A stretch of DNA of 63,438 bases, the filler included, from Anaerolineae bacterium (lineage in GTDB: Bacteria > Chloroflexota > Anaerolineae > Epilineales > Epilineaceae): NCBI GenBank assembly GCA_029262755.1. It is 5 parts of 5 records of this genome, joined end to end, with 100 filler letters (N's around TTAATTAATTAA, not from the genome) between each part and the next. Parts side by side here need not be neighbours in the genome. Positions count along the whole stretch, not along the records: positions 1 to 16,134 come from JAJCYU010000161.1; positions 16,235 to 30,126 come from JAJCYU010000162.1; 3 more parts are not named here. One strand, 5' to 3'. Below the pieces are notes generated by a model. It had not been told where the DNA came from. It did not search any database and was given only the letters and a program-made list of their open reading frames with translations. A program made the position numbers and the translations under genes. Shown one piece after another: positions 9,290 to 20,145 of the stretch. Each line of letters begins with the position of its first letter. The first letter of the stretch is position 1.

Positions 9290-10501
9290 ATGACAAGAAT
9301 AGCCCTTGAATCCATCGTGCACGGCGTGCTTCCGCACGTCGTTGCATTGCGACATGAGCTGCACGAATACCCCGAGCTCATGTATCAAGAGCACGCTACG
9401 GCCGCACTTGTGCGACGCGAGCTGGACGCGATGGACGTGCCCTATCGAGCGGGCCTGGCTGGTGGAACCGGCATCGTGGCCCATTTGCCGGCAACCGGCG
9501 GCCATGCGGAGGCCTCGGCCCCCGACGTGGTGGCGCTGCGGGCCGACATGGATGCGCTGCCCATTCACGAAGCGACAGGTCGGACGTGGACCTCTCGCAA
9601 CGATGGTGTGATGCACGCATGCGGGCATGACGGGCACACGGCAATCCTCCTCGGCGCGGCCCGAGTCCTTGCGGCCCTGCCCGACCGGATCCGGCCCGTG
9701 ACCTTCGTGTTCCAACCGGCGGAGGAAGGCGGCGCGGGCGGGCAACGAATGGTGGAGGACGGTGCGTTGGCCGGAGAGACCGGCGGTGGGATCGGACCCC
9801 CGGCAAGTCGGATCTACGGATTGCACGGCTGGCCTTCGATGCCCGTCGGTCACGTCGGCACGCGACCCGGTCCGCTGCTGGCGGCGTGCCGACAGTTTCA
9901 GATCCGCGTACGCGGGCAAGGCGGTCATGCGGCCCTGCCGGAGAAAACGCGAGATCCCTTGCTGGCCGCCGCCCACGTTGTCACGGCGCTCCAGACCGTC
10001 GTGGCGCGCAACGTCGATCCGCTCGACGCCGCGGTCGTGACGGTGGCGTCGATGCACGCGGGCACGGCGCACAACATTATCGCCGCCGAGGCGCAACTCG
10101 GAGGCACGATTCGCGCCCTACGCAACGAGGTCGGGGAGCGGCTGGTCGAACGGATCGAGACTATCGCGCAGGACGTTGCGGCCGGGCTCGGTTGCACGGC
10201 CACCGTGACCTGGGAGCAGGGATTCCCCGTGACGCGCAATGACGCAGAGCTGGCTGAGCGCGTGCTGAAGATTGCGCGCGGCGCGTTCGGAGAGCAACGG
10301 ACGAGCGTCGTCGCAAGGCCGACGATGGGTGCGGAGGACTTCGCCTTCTACGGCGACGCCGTCCCCGCTTGCTTCTACTTCCTTGGGCTGGAGCCAAAGG
10401 ACGGCGTTTCGCCGCAGCTGCATCAGCCGGATTTCGATTTCAACGACGACGCGTTGGCCACGGGTGTGGAGCTCATGGTGCGTTTGGCCTTGGAGGGTTA
10501 G
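9290..10501 (+). CDS. M20D amidohydrolase (Acy1/HipO-like)
   Basis: LHEYPEL, LRADMDALP, MHACGHDGH, FQPAEEG, GLHGWP, GAEDF, LHQPDFDFN. Confidence 0.95.
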   Translation: MTRIALESIVHGVLPHVVALRHELHEYPELMYQEHATAALVRRELDAMDVPYRAGLAGGTGIVAHLPATGGHAEASAPDVVALRADMDALPIHEATGRTWTSRNDGVMHACGHDGHTAILLGAARVLAALPDRIRPVTFVFQPAEEGGAGGQRMVEDGALAGETGGGIGPPASRIYGLHGWPSMPVGHVGTRPGPLLAACRQFQIRVRGQGGHAALPEKTRDPLLAAAHVVTALQTVVARNVDPLDAAVVTVASMHAGTAHNIIAAEAQLGGTIRALRNEVGERLVERIETIAQDVAAGLGCTATVTWEQGFPVTRNDAELAERVLKIARGAFGEQRTSVVARPTMGAEDFAFYGDAVPACFYFLGLEPKDGVSPQLHQPDFDFNDDALATGVELMVRLALEG

Positions 10502-10563
10502 GACGCGGTTGCACTGAATCATCCGGGTTCGGCCACCGCTACTTCCACCTTGACGCTAGAGCA

Positions 10564-11382
10564 CTACAACGGCGAACTCGGATCGTAGTCCGCGGGACGC
10601 TTCTCGCGCAGGCTCGCGAGTCCTTCTCGCACCTCGGGTCCGGTGAAGCCCAGGAACTCCAACGCGAGCGAAGTATCGAAGGTCGGGCCCGCCATCCGCA
10701 GCCAGTTGTTGAGCGCGTATTTGGTCCAGCGGATGGCGCTCGGCGCGCCGGCGACGAGACGATCGGCGATCTGCAACGAGCGTTCTTCCAACTCGTCGTC
10801 CTCTACGCACAGCGAGACCAACCCGATCCGTTCTGCCTCCGCGCCGTCGACGGGCTCGCACAGCAACAGGTGGTACTTGGCTTTGGCCATGCCGCACAGC
10901 AAGGGCCACACGATCGCCGCGTGATCGCCCGCCGCCACGCCGAGCCGTGTATGACCATCGATGATGCGCGCCGACCGCGCCGCGATCGAGATGTCGGCGA
11001 GCAGGCCGGCAACGAGGCCGGCGCCAACGGCAGGGCCGTGCATGGCGGAAACGATGGGCTTCGAGCAATTGATGACGTTGTAGACCAGGTCGCGCGCCTC
11101 TTTCCACAACCGGCTGCGAACGGCGAAGTCGTTGGCGATGTCCTCGACGAGGTCGAGGTCGCCGCCCGAGGAGAATGCGCGGCCCGATCCACGCAAGATC
11201 ACCGCGGACACGGCTTCATCCTCGTCGATCGTGCGCCAAACGCTCGCCAGGTCGCCGTGCATATTGTGATCGGCGGCGTTTAGCCGATCCGGCCGGCTCA
11301 TCGTGATGCGTAGGACGCGCTCACGTGGCGCGTCGAAGCCCAGATACGGATGGCGCGTCGAATATTGGTCGAGGTCGATCAT
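10564..11382 (-). CDS. Enoyl-CoA hydratase/isomerase family
   Basis: [34 protein letters not shown] overlap with upstream gene. Confidence 0.93.
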   Translation of the reverse strand: MIDLDQYSTRHPYLGFDAPRERVLRITMSRPDRLNAADHNMHGDLASVWRTIDEDEAVSAVILRGSGRAFSSGGDLDLVEDIANDFAVRSRLWKEARDLVYNVINCSKPIVSAMHGPAVGAGLVAGLLADISIAARSARIIDGHTRLGVAAGDHAAIVWPLLCGMAKAKYHLLLCEPVDGAEAERIGLVSLCVEDDELEERSLQIADRLVAGAPSAIRWTKYALNNWLRMAGPTFDTSLALEFLGFTGPEVREGLASLREKRPADYDPSSPL

Positions 11383-12722
11383 GCGCCGTGCTCCTGCTCG
11401 GAGCGACCGAGCAATAGGCTACGTAGCGCCAGGGTGTTGACCAAGGCGACGGGCACGAACGACGCTGGTCGCACAAACTCGGGCTCCTTGCCTTGCGCGG
11501 GATCCCGTTCGCTCGCGTGCATGTTGCCACCGTGCGGGCCGAGGCCGTCAAGGGTCGGCACGCTGTCCCAAACCAGATTGCCGTCCGACAACCCGCCGCG
11601 CGCCACAGCCCGCAGTGCCATACCCGTTTGCTGCGCGGTCTCTTCCCAGATCGCGGCGAGCCCCTTCGACGCGTCGTTGGCCGGCCACGGCGGGATGCGG
11701 CGCCGTAGTCGCGCGTCGATGCGGCATAAGAAACCGTCGCCGGCACTCGCAACATCCGCCGTTTCCGCAATCGCGCGCACGGCCGCGATCGCATCGTCCA
11801 ATACCTCGGTATCGAAGGCGCGCATCTCCAATCGGGCCGTCGCATGGTGTGGTACGCGGTTGACCACGGTGCCTCCCTGCACGACACCAACGTTGACGGT
11901 CAGCTCGCGCTCGTAGTCGGTCAAGGCCGCCACACGGTCGATTACGCGCGCCAACTGCACGATGGCGTTCGCGCCGGCCGCATGGGCGCCTCCGGCATGC
12001 GACGAGCGACCGTGCACCTCGATGTCGAAGGTCGCCATACCCTTGCGGTGGGAAACGACGCGCACCTCGGCGACCTCGTCGGAACCCGGCCCGAGGGATT
12101 CGCCGTCTTCGTCCACCGCACGGCACGCCTCGAATACGAGGCAGGCCGCCGCTCCGTCCAGCTCCTCGCGCACGAGCGGTCCGAAATCGGCGGCCAGTTC
12201 CTCTTCCGCCGCGTTGAACAGCAACCGCCAACTCGTCGCCTGAAACAGCGCCGGCTCGATGGCCCGGAGTGCATCGAGCACGAGCCACATCATGACCGTG
12301 CCGCCCTTGATGTCGATCGTGCCCGGCCCGTAGATGCGCGCGCCTTCGTCGAGCCAATGGAAGTTGTTGGCTTGCTCCTCGGCCACGGTGAAGACCGTGT
12401 CGAGGTGCGACACCATGCCGACGAGCTGCGGGCCTGTCCCCTCGCGGCGAAGCACCAAATGGTCGCCGTAGGCCGGATGGGCGCTTGCCACGCCGCTCGA
12501 TGCAAAGCCGAGATCTGCAAACGCCGTGGCGGTTCGCTCGGCTACGGCGTTCACGCCTTCCGGACGACGCGTGAAACTGTTGGTCGTCACGAGATCACGA
12601 AGCAGGTTCAACGACTCCGGCAGGCGCTCAAGGAGATGGGCGCGGACGCGATCTTCGAGCGCACGGCGATCGACCTCGGGCATGGGCAACGACCCGACGG
12701 TCGGGGTCGATTCTGCGAACAT
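11379..12722 (-). CDS. M20 metallopeptidase (glutamate carboxypeptidase/ArgE-like)
   Basis: [44 protein letters not shown]; start uncertain (12722 or 12683). Confidence 0.9.
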   Translation of the reverse strand: MFAESTPTVGSLPMPEVDRRALEDRVRAHLLERLPESLNLLRDLVTTNSFTRRPEGVNAVAERTATAFADLGFASSGVASAHPAYGDHLVLRREGTGPQLVGMVSHLDTVFTVAEEQANNFHWLDEGARIYGPGTIDIKGGTVMMWLVLDALRAIEPALFQATSWRLLFNAAEEELAADFGPLVREELDGAAACLVFEACRAVDEDGESLGPGSDEVAEVRVVSHRKGMATFDIEVHGRSSHAGGAHAAGANAIVQLARVIDRVAALTDYERELTVNVGVVQGGTVVNRVPHHATARLEMRAFDTEVLDDAIAAVRAIAETADVASAGDGFLCRIDARLRRRIPPWPANDASKGLAAIWEETAQQTGMALRAVARGGLSDGNLVWDSVPTLDGLGPHGGNMHASERDPAQGKEPEFVRPASFVPVALVNTLALRSLLLGRSEQEHGA

Positions 12723-12869
12723 GGGCACGTTCCTAGAGTAGTCTTTGGATCCGACAGTATAGGAGTGGCTTCGCCACCGGTCATCCCGCCCTGCCGCCGA
12801 GCTCGTCGTGCAGCAGGCCTGCCTGCGAGTCGGTGCTACCATCCCGCGGAGCCACGCGGGGAGAGTGTT

Positions 12870-13751
12870 GTGACCAATACCGAAGACGAGTTGCCTGTCG
12901 AGGAGGCGGACCTCGCGATGTCGCCTGTCGAGGATCCGTCCGAACCCGCGATCCATGAGCGCAGCGAAGATTCCGGCCGCGAGACCGTGCTGCCCAGCAC
13001 GATTACCCGGCGCCAGGCCGCGCTGGACCTGGCTTGGATTCTGGGTTTGCTCGTAGTCTTGCCCCAGGCGAGCAGCGTGTTTTGGGCGCCCGAACTGGGC
13101 GGAGAGCAGAAGGTCGCGCTCGACGGGCTTGCGATCGCGAAATGGATACAGGTGGGTCTCGCGCTGTTCGTGCTCATCGTTCTCGCGCGCTTCCGGCGAA
13201 TCCCGTGGCGGCGTTTCGGCCTGTGGCTCCCCCGCCCTTCGCCCCTACTCGGCTGGGGTTGCGCGGGTCTGGCAGCCATGTACGGAACGCTCCTCGCCTC
13301 GGCCATCGCGTTGATCGGGCTCAGCCTCGTCGTCGCCCCCGGTGGACGGGACGCGATGATGTCGGACGCGCAGCAACGGGCCGATGTCCTCGGATCTCTT
13401 GACCTTGGTGATCCGCGTATCACGATCGTGCTCCTGATCGCGGTCGCACTGCATGAGGAGCTGATCTTTCGCGCCTTGCTCGTGCCCTACTTGCACCGCC
13501 TCACGGGACGGTGGTGGCCTGCGATCCTCGGCTCCGCCGTGATCTTCGGGTCGCTGCACGGCGCTCAGGGCGTGCTCGGCATCGTGCAAGCGAGCCTGCT
13601 CGGCATCGTGTTGGCGATCGTGTACGTCCGCTCGCGCAGCATCGCTCCGGTCGTGTTGGCCCATTTCGCCTTCGATGCTTTGCAGTTTGCGTTGATTGGC
13701 GCCGCGGCGCCGTTGCTCGAAGAGATGCAGAAGGCGGTCCCGCCCGGTTGA
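12870..13751 (+). CDS. CPBP (CAAX/Abi) family intramembrane metalloprotease
   Basis: EELIFR, FGSLH, HFAFD motifs and multiple TM helices; start approximate. Confidence 0.9.
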   Translation: MTNTEDELPVEEADLAMSPVEDPSEPAIHERSEDSGRETVLPSTITRRQAALDLAWILGLLVVLPQASSVFWAPELGGEQKVALDGLAIAKWIQVGLALFVLIVLARFRRIPWRRFGLWLPRPSPLLGWGCAGLAAMYGTLLASAIALIGLSLVVAPGGRDAMMSDAQQRADVLGSLDLGDPRITIVLLIAVALHEELIFRALLVPYLHRLTGRWWPAILGSAVIFGSLHGAQGVLGIVQASLLGIVLAIVYVRSRSIAPVVLAHFAFDALQFALIGAAAPLLEEMQKAVPPG

Positions 13752-13769
13752 GTGGTCGAATCCGGGCAT

Positions 13770-14933
13770 CTATGGCGTAGGCGCGACCCGGTAGATGAGC
13801 CCCGCCTTGTCGTCGGAGATGTAGAGGGCATCGTCGGTGCCGAACACAACGCCGGCCGGTCGCCCTGCGACGCTACCGTCACGTGCAAGCCAACCTTGAA
13901 CGAAGACCTCCGTCTCGCCTGTGGGGCGGCCGTCCTCGAAGGGCACGCGCATGATGTGGTAGCCCGTTGGCTCACTGCGATTCCAGGAACCATGATTGGC
14001 GATGAATGCATCGCCCTGATATTCCGCCGGCCATCCCTCGCCCTCGTAGAAGCTAAGCCCGAGGGGCGCACTATGGGCCTGAAACTCCACCGCCGGCAAC
14101 GCGATGTTGTCACAGGCCCCCGGCCCACCCTCGTCCGGATCTTCGACACGGCCGTTGATGCAGCGCGGCCAACCGAAGTCCTGCCCCTGCTGCACATGGT
14201 TGAGCGTTTCCGGCGGCACGTCGTCGCCGAGCAGGTCTCGCCCATTGTTGGTTGCCCAAAGTTCCGCCGTGCCCGGACGTATCGCAAGGCCGACGGCGTT
14301 GCGTAAGCCGCGGGCGAAGATGTCGCCTTCGCCGCCGCTCGCATTTGGATACACGACGATCGCGGCGCGCCGCGGATCGTCCTCTTGGCACACGTTGCAG
14401 CTGGAGCCAACGGCGAGGACCATCCTCCCGTCGGGCAGAAAGGCCACCGTTCGGGTTCGATGGAATCCGCCACTCGGCACATCATCCACGATGGGGGTCC
14501 GCCCTTCGGCGATTCCGTCACCGTCTCGGTCATCCAGTCGGATCACCCCGGTTGGGACGCCGACGTACCAAGCGCCCTCGTGCCATGCCAGGCTATGAGG
14601 TCGATCCAGACCCGATGCGACTACGCGAATATCGTCCGCACGGCCATCACGGTCCTCATCCGGCAATGCGAGGACGCTGCCGGCCTCGCGGTCCGCTACG
14701 TGGATCTCGCCCTCCGGAGAAACCGCAAGCAGGCGCGGATTGGATAGCCCTTTCGCGAAGAGCTCGACCTGAAAGCCGGCCGGGGCGGTGAGCGTGACCG
14801 GCGCACCCGTGCCAAGGAAACCCGCGAGATTAATTCGACTCCGGACCGCACGCCACGCAAGCCAGGCTAGGGCTGCGAGAAGTACGATGACGGCCACGTA
14901 TACGGTGCGTCGATTAATACTTCCGGCTGCCAT
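13770..14933 (-). CDS. PQQ-dependent glucose/sorbosone dehydrogenase family
   Basis: GSSCNVC, GLRNAVG, NGRDLLGDDVPP, HSAPLG, HGSWNR, GRPAGV, SDD; N-terminal TM anchor. Confidence 0.92.
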   Translation of the reverse strand: MAAGSINRRTVYVAVIVLLAALAWLAWRAVRSRINLAGFLGTGAPVTLTAPAGFQVELFAKGLSNPRLLAVSPEGEIHVADREAGSVLALPDEDRDGRADDIRVVASGLDRPHSLAWHEGAWYVGVPTGVIRLDDRDGDGIAEGRTPIVDDVPSGGFHRTRTVAFLPDGRMVLAVGSSCNVCQEDDPRRAAIVVYPNASGGEGDIFARGLRNAVGLAIRPGTAELWATNNGRDLLGDDVPPETLNHVQQGQDFGWPRCINGRVEDPDEGGPGACDNIALPAVEFQAHSAPLGLSFYEGEGWPAEYQGDAFIANHGSWNRSEPTGYHIMRVPFEDGRPTGETEVFVQGWLARDGSVAGRPAGVVFGTDDALYISDDKAGLIYRVAPTP

Positions 14934-15182
14934 CGCGTGGCCTCGCTTTCGAGTGAACGCCTGCGGAGTCCGTACAGGGAACCATGGCGTGTTGAGACCA
15001 CGACAGCAATCGTGCAGCGTACGCGCAGTACCTAGGGCCACCCGCTTCCGAACAGCAGTGCCGTGGTGCGCACGGCGAGGAATCCCTGCTGTGAACGCTC
15101 AATTGGACCCCGACGACCAACCCCTTATGCTCTCGAAACGGTGGCCATCTCGAATCTCGACTCGCACGTGTGGACGGATCCA

Positions 15183-15839
15183 GTGGACCTAGACGCTCTC
15201 ATCCCACCTGCGCGCGCGGCCGCGGCGAGGGTCTCCGAAAGGACGACCGCGGGCACAGTCGGTTTGCGTCCGCCTCCGAGCCCCCTGCCGGGGCCGTTGC
15301 GACGAGACCTCGAACGGTTGCTCGCCGCTCATGTGCCCGCCGATGGGAGGGAGCGACGACACACGGAACGGATCCGTCGCTTCGTCGCTTCCCACGCGGA
15401 TCCCTATGCGCGCGAGAATCCGCGTGGGCACCTCACGGCCTCCGCATTCATCCTCGACCCCGCGGGACGCTTGCTGCTGCTGCGTCATCGCAAGTTGGGG
15501 ATGTGGCTACAACCCGGCGGACATGCGGACGACGATCGCTCCCCGTGGCCGGCCGCGCTGCGCGAAGCGCTCGAAGAGACAGGGCTGGATGACCTGCGAC
15601 CGCATCCCGCTTTCGGACGCGCCCTGCTTGACGTCGACGTCCACCCGATTCCCGCCCACGGCACGACCGCCGCGCACGAGCATTTCGATCTTCGCTTCGC
15701 TTTCGTGACCGAATCCGCGTCCGCGATATGCATCGACCCGCGCGAATCGACGGCCGCAGCATGGTGGACGGCCGATGAAGTGCGCGCCCACTTCGACGAG
15801 GGCGTGCGGCGCGCGCATCGCACGCTGCGTTCGACGTGA
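15183..15839 (+). CDS. NUDIX hydrolase
   Basis: GHLTASA, WLQPGGHAD..AALREALEETG Nudix box, HEHFDLRF; start approximate. Confidence 0.9.
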   Translation: MDLDALIPPARAAAARVSERTTAGTVGLRPPPSPLPGPLRRDLERLLAAHVPADGRERRHTERIRRFVASHADPYARENPRGHLTASAFILDPAGRLLLLRHRKLGMWLQPGGHADDDRSPWPAALREALEETGLDDLRPHPAFGRALLDVDVHPIPAHGTTAAHEHFDLRFAFVTESASAICIDPRESTAAAWWTADEVRAHFDEGVRRAHRTLRST

Positions 15840-16134
15840 AGGCCTTGCTCGGCAAGCGCAGATTCCCGCGCCGCCGCACATGGGCGTGCCTGGCCACCCT
15901 TGCCGGTTGTCTGCTCACTGGCACCTCGCAAGAACGGGTGAGCCTATTGGCGCAGGGGCAACAAGAATGCGTGCCGACCATTCGCCGCGTCGTGCCGGAT
16001 GGCCCCCAGCAGTGGGGCGTCGACATTCCCGTCTCGGCGCTGGTCACGTGGTCGTGTCCGGACGGCAGCGTCCCGCCGGCGTACCTCACCATGCACGAGT
16101 CCTGGCCGGCGCCCCTTCGCCCTTCTTCCGGTCT
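15836..16134 (+). CDS. Hypothetical exported protein, 3'-truncated at contig end
   Basis: GTGA overlap with NUDIX stop; basic N-terminus followed by hydrophobic stretch (LAGC). Confidence 0.4.
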
Positions 16135-16234
16135 NNNNNNNNNNNNNNNNNNNNNNNNNNNNNNNNNNNNNNNNNNNNTTAATTAATTAANNNNNNNNNN
16201 NNNNNNNNNNNNNNNNNNNNNNNNNNNNNNNNNN
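16135..16234. other. Artificial contig spacer
   Basis: 100 nt: N-run, TTAATTAATTAA (stops in all six frames), N-run. Confidence 0.98.
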
Positions 16235-17146
16235 CGCGCTTGCGAAGAATCGTCCGCCGCCAAACCGGAAGCATTGATTGCGCGATACGCCCGGATAAAT
16301 CGCAAAACCCGGGTTGGTTCCGGAGTGCAGCGGGATGGCCGCGCGGGCCGCGGCGCCGGCGCCGGCGCGCGAAGCAAGGACGGGCCGGTCGACGATCACC
16401 GCGGCCAGCCCCATTGCGGAGCGCACGAAACGGGCGTCCGGATCCGCAGGAATCGTCTCGAAGTAGTCGTGCTCGAAGAAGACGGTGCTCACCAGACCGT
16501 GGCCGCGGAAACCCTCCGGCACGAATCGCCAACGGGTGAGGTCCATGACATCGGCTTCTCGTTCGTTGAGCTTGCTGCATACGAAGTCGATCAGGCCGTT
16601 GGCGTCGAAGAGGTAGACGATGTAGTCGGTGAATCCGGGCAATGTGGACAGGTTCACGAGCACGATCTCGCTCGAGGAATCCGCCGACGAAGCGGCGTGG
16701 ACCAAGTTCGGGAGCGCGATCACGCCGACCCCCGATTCGGTTCCCCCGCTCCCCGAGCCGTGGGGCCATGCGAAGGAATCCGACGCGGCTAGCAGCGGAT
16801 ACGTGGCGAGATCGAGCGGCGGCGCGGCTGGATCGTTCGGGTCCGGCAGCGCGAGCTCGGCGATCGCGAGGAACGAGGGCGCATCGGCGCCGGCTTGGGC
16901 GGCGGGCTGCGCGAAGGTGTCCGGCGAAGCGGACATGGAGGGTTGCGCGGTGTCGGCCGATACGGCGGCCGAGCGCGCGCCAACAACGCCAGCCCAGAGC
17001 GCGACGAGCGCCGCGAACAACACGAAGGTTGCCGTAGTCGCGTGTGTCTTGGCGGTCGCGACTACCGACGAACCAGTGCGCTCAGTGGGGCCCGTTTGTC
17101 CTACTTTGGGGGCGGGTTTGCGCAGCCTGTGTAAACGAAGATTCAT
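16235..17146 (-). CDS. Secreted hypothetical protein (possible envelope protein), 3'-truncated
   Basis: Signal-like hydrophobic segment, Ala/Pro linker, then beta-rich domain SEIVLVNL..PGFTDYIVYLFDANGLIDFVCSKLNE. Confidence 0.6.
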
Positions 17147-17451
17147 GCCGCTACGCTACCACATCACGGCACCATCTGCGTCCGGGATCGCAACGCAACG
17201 GCGAGCGAAGCGACCGTGAAGAGCTCCGTCGGCGTTGTGGACCGCGGTCTCTCGCCATGCATGTAGATGCACATTCCGGGTGCGTGGCATGCGCGGCGAC
17301 GCGGGCGACCGGCGAAGCGAAGAACGGGCGACCGGCGACCGGTTGTCGCGACCAAACGGGCGCCGGACCCGCGCGGTCACGAGGTCGTAGCCCACATCCA
17401 TCGGCCACGACAACGCCGGTCGCACCTTTTACCCGCTCCCCACCCCGCCCC

Positions 17452-19947
17452 CTACCCCTCGCGCGGGACCCACACCAGCGTCAGCTCGTCGACGTCGATG
17501 TCGTTCTTCTCGAGGCCAATGGCCATCGTGTCGATCTGCTGCGCCTTCTCGGCCCAGGCCTCGTCAATGGCGGCGAGTTGCTCGACGAGGTCGTCCTCCA
17601 TGGCTTGGATCTCGTCGGCTACGGCGTCGACCTTTTCGGCCGCGGTGTCCAGGCGGTTGGCCGAGGTGCTGGTCATGCGCCGGCGGCGGGAAGCGCGGCC
17701 GATCGTGGTGGCCAGCGAGCGCGTGCGGCTGCGGCCGCCCAGGAAGGCGCCGACGATATCGCCGCCCAGCGAGAGCCACTCTTCGCGGCCGCGGGCGCCG
17801 ACCTCCTCGTCGAGCTCTGCGACGCGGCGCTCCGTGCTGCGCAGGCGCTCTTGGAGGCGGCGCATCTTGGCCTCGATCTTGTCGCGCAGCTTGGCGGCCT
17901 CTTCGTCCTCCATGTCCTGCGCGACCGCGTCGCAGCGGCGCAGGAAGGCCTCCTTCGATTCGCCGACACGCGAGTAGAGCTTCAGCTCCGCGTTCTTGAA
18001 GATCTCGATCTCGCGATCGCGGTACAGCTCGTCGAGGATCTCGCGCTCGATCTCCTTGAAGAACGTCGTCTTGCCGATCGGGGCCTCAGGGACGACATAG
18101 ATGGCGCCCTCCGGCTCGCGGGAATCGAAGTCGCGATCGTCGTAATCGACCACGATCGCCTCGTCGAGGTCGAAGCGCTCCACCAGCGGGAACCACACCG
18201 CCTCCCATGTTTCTTGGTGGTCGATCTCGCTGTAGCGCTCGTCGAAGCGCAGACGTACGCGCGCGGCGAGGGCCGCGTAGTAACGGCTCGCGCCGTGCGT
18301 GGCGCCGACCAACGGCGACCACGTAGCGGCCGGATCGAGCCACGCCACCTTCACGTTCCGCGCCACGATGGGCGCTTGCGCGCTCTCGTTCGCGCCGAGT
18401 GTTGCCGGGGTAACGGGCGCAGCGGGGCCCGCGAAACCCACAGAGGGCGCTGCGTTCAGCCCGGGTGCGGCGGCGGAGGGCGAGTTGCTTGCACCCGGCG
18501 TGGATGCGGAGGGGCTCAGCGACGGCGTCGCGGACGCGCTAGTTGTTGCGCCCTCTACTTGGTCGAGGCGGCCGATTTCGGTACGCGTCAGCGGTCCGCG
18601 CAGGTAGCTCATCGCCCAGCGCGTGCCGAAGAGGTTGGGCGCCTTGCCGGCCCGCTGGATCAGGAACTGGCGCTTGTCGAGCCCGGCGATGGCGTTGTCC
18701 AGCGTTGCACGGTCCATCGCATCGGAGGTCGCGAGGCCGTCCAGCAGGCGGGCGCGATCGCGCTCGGTCTGGAGGCGGCCGATGAACCAGGTGCCGGCGT
18801 TGGAGATCGCTTTGTAGTCCAGGTCGACCGGGTTCTGCGTGCTCAGCACCAGGCCGACACCAAAGGCGCGGGCTTGCTTGAGCAAGGTGAGGATGGGCTT
18901 CTTCGAGGGAGGCTGCGCGCTGGGTGGGGCGAAGCCGAAGACCTCGTCCATGTAGACCAGCGCTCGCAACTCGCTCGTGCCGGGTTGGGTCTGCATCCAC
19001 GTGGCCATCTTGCCCAGCAGCAGCGTGACCACGAATTGGCGCTCCACCTCCGACAAATGTGCCAGGGCGACAACCGCGGCGCGGGGTCCGCCGGACTCTG
19101 TGTAGAGCAGGGAGCCGATGTCCAGCGGTTCGCCCAGCATCCAGGTCGCAAAGGCCGGTGAGGCCAACAGACCGTTGAGGCGCATGGCCAGCTTCATGCG
19201 CTCCTTCTCGGGGAAGAAGGATTCCAGGTCGAAGACGCCGAGCTTGCGCAGTGGCGGGCGCTGCACTTGGGCGATCAAGGCCCCGATGTCGAGATCGCGT
19301 CCCTGGCGCCAGCTGTGCAGCACGAGGTTGGAGAGGAGGATGTGCTCGCGGCTCGTGATCGGATCCGATTCGATGCCGGCCAGATTGAGCAGGCCGGAGA
19401 CGAAGCCTTCGACCTCGTCGGCCAGAACCTCGCCGTGCCTGTCGGGATCCAGGTCCGGCGCGGCCAGCGAGCCGAGGACGTTCAGCGGCACGCCCGCGCC
19501 TGAGCCGGGCGTATACACCGTGATTTCCGCGGCGTCGCGGTACTCGCGTAGTTCCGGCGTGCCGATGCCCCAGCCGGCCAGCCCGTTGCGCCACAGATCC
19601 GCCTGCTGTGCGGCGTATTCCGGAAGCTCTATGCCTGCGCGGCGCGCGTCTTCCGGGGCCACCCACGGTTCGAAATCGGAGGCGGCCAGGTCGGGGAAGC
19701 GCAGGGCCAGGTTGCCCATGTCTCCCTTGGGGTCGATCACGAGCGTCGGGATACCCGCGCGCAGCGCTTCTTCGAGCAGGAGCACGCCCAGGCCCGTCTT
19801 GCCGGAACCGGTCATGCCGACGATGACGCCGTGGGTGGTGAGCCGGTCGGCGTCGAGGCACTGCGCTTCGTCGCTGCTCTTGCCGGTGGCGGCGTCGATC
19901 ACGCCGCCGAGGTAGAGCTGACCGTCTTTGCAGGTGCGAGTGGGCAT
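17452..19947 (-). CDS. HerA/FtsK-superfamily ATPase (DUF87/DUF853-like) with C-terminal coiled coil
   Basis: GGAGG RBS; Walker A GMTGSGKT, IDPKGD, Walker B VYMDE, ARAFG, STQNP; Ser/Ala/Pro linker. Confidence 0.88.
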   Translation of the reverse strand: MPTRTCKDGQLYLGGVIDAATGKSSDEAQCLDADRLTTHGVIVGMTGSGKTGLGVLLLEEALRAGIPTLVIDPKGDMGNLALRFPDLAASDFEPWVAPEDARRAGIELPEYAAQQADLWRNGLAGWGIGTPELREYRDAAEITVYTPGSGAGVPLNVLGSLAAPDLDPDRHGEVLADEVEGFVSGLLNLAGIESDPITSREHILLSNLVLHSWRQGRDLDIGALIAQVQRPPLRKLGVFDLESFFPEKERMKLAMRLNGLLASPAFATWMLGEPLDIGSLLYTESGGPRAAVVALAHLSEVERQFVVTLLLGKMATWMQTQPGTSELRALVYMDEVFGFAPPSAQPPSKKPILTLLKQARAFGVGLVLSTQNPVDLDYKAISNAGTWFIGRLQTERDRARLLDGLATSDAMDRATLDNAIAGLDKRQFLIQRAGKAPNLFGTRWAMSYLRGPLTRTEIGRLDQVEGATTSASATPSLSPSASTPGASNSPSAAAPGLNAAPSVGFAGPAAPVTPATLGANESAQAPIVARNVKVAWLDPAATWSPLVGATHGASRYYAALAARVRLRFDERYSEIDHQETWEAVWFPLVERFDLDEAIVVDYDDRDFDSREPEGAIYVVPEAPIGKTTFFKEIEREILDELYRDREIEIFKNAELKLYSRVGESKEAFLRRCDAVAQDMEDEEAAKLRDKIEAKMRRLQERLRSTERRVAELDEEVGARGREEWLSLGGDIVGAFLGGRSRTRSLATTIGRASRRRRMTSTSANRLDTAAEKVDAVADEIQAMEDDLVEQLAAIDEAWAEKAQQIDTMAIGLEKNDIDVDELTLVWVPREG

Positions 19948-20145
19948 CGGGGTCCTCCTGGACTTCATGCTTGGGCAATGCGATCTACCGCGAACGGGCG
20001 ACGAAGAGCGATCGCGCGTGCGCGGTCCATGACGGGAGCAGCAACCATGCTCGGAAGCGAAGCACCATGAACGGAGCGCGGCGATCGCAGACGGTCAACC
20101 GTCCGGGTCGGGCGACAGGAGCGATCATGGTGACGGCTAAGGCGA

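Noticed and set aside
17452..19947. HerA-based anti-phage system
   Set aside because: No Sir2, nuclease or other effector gene adjacent
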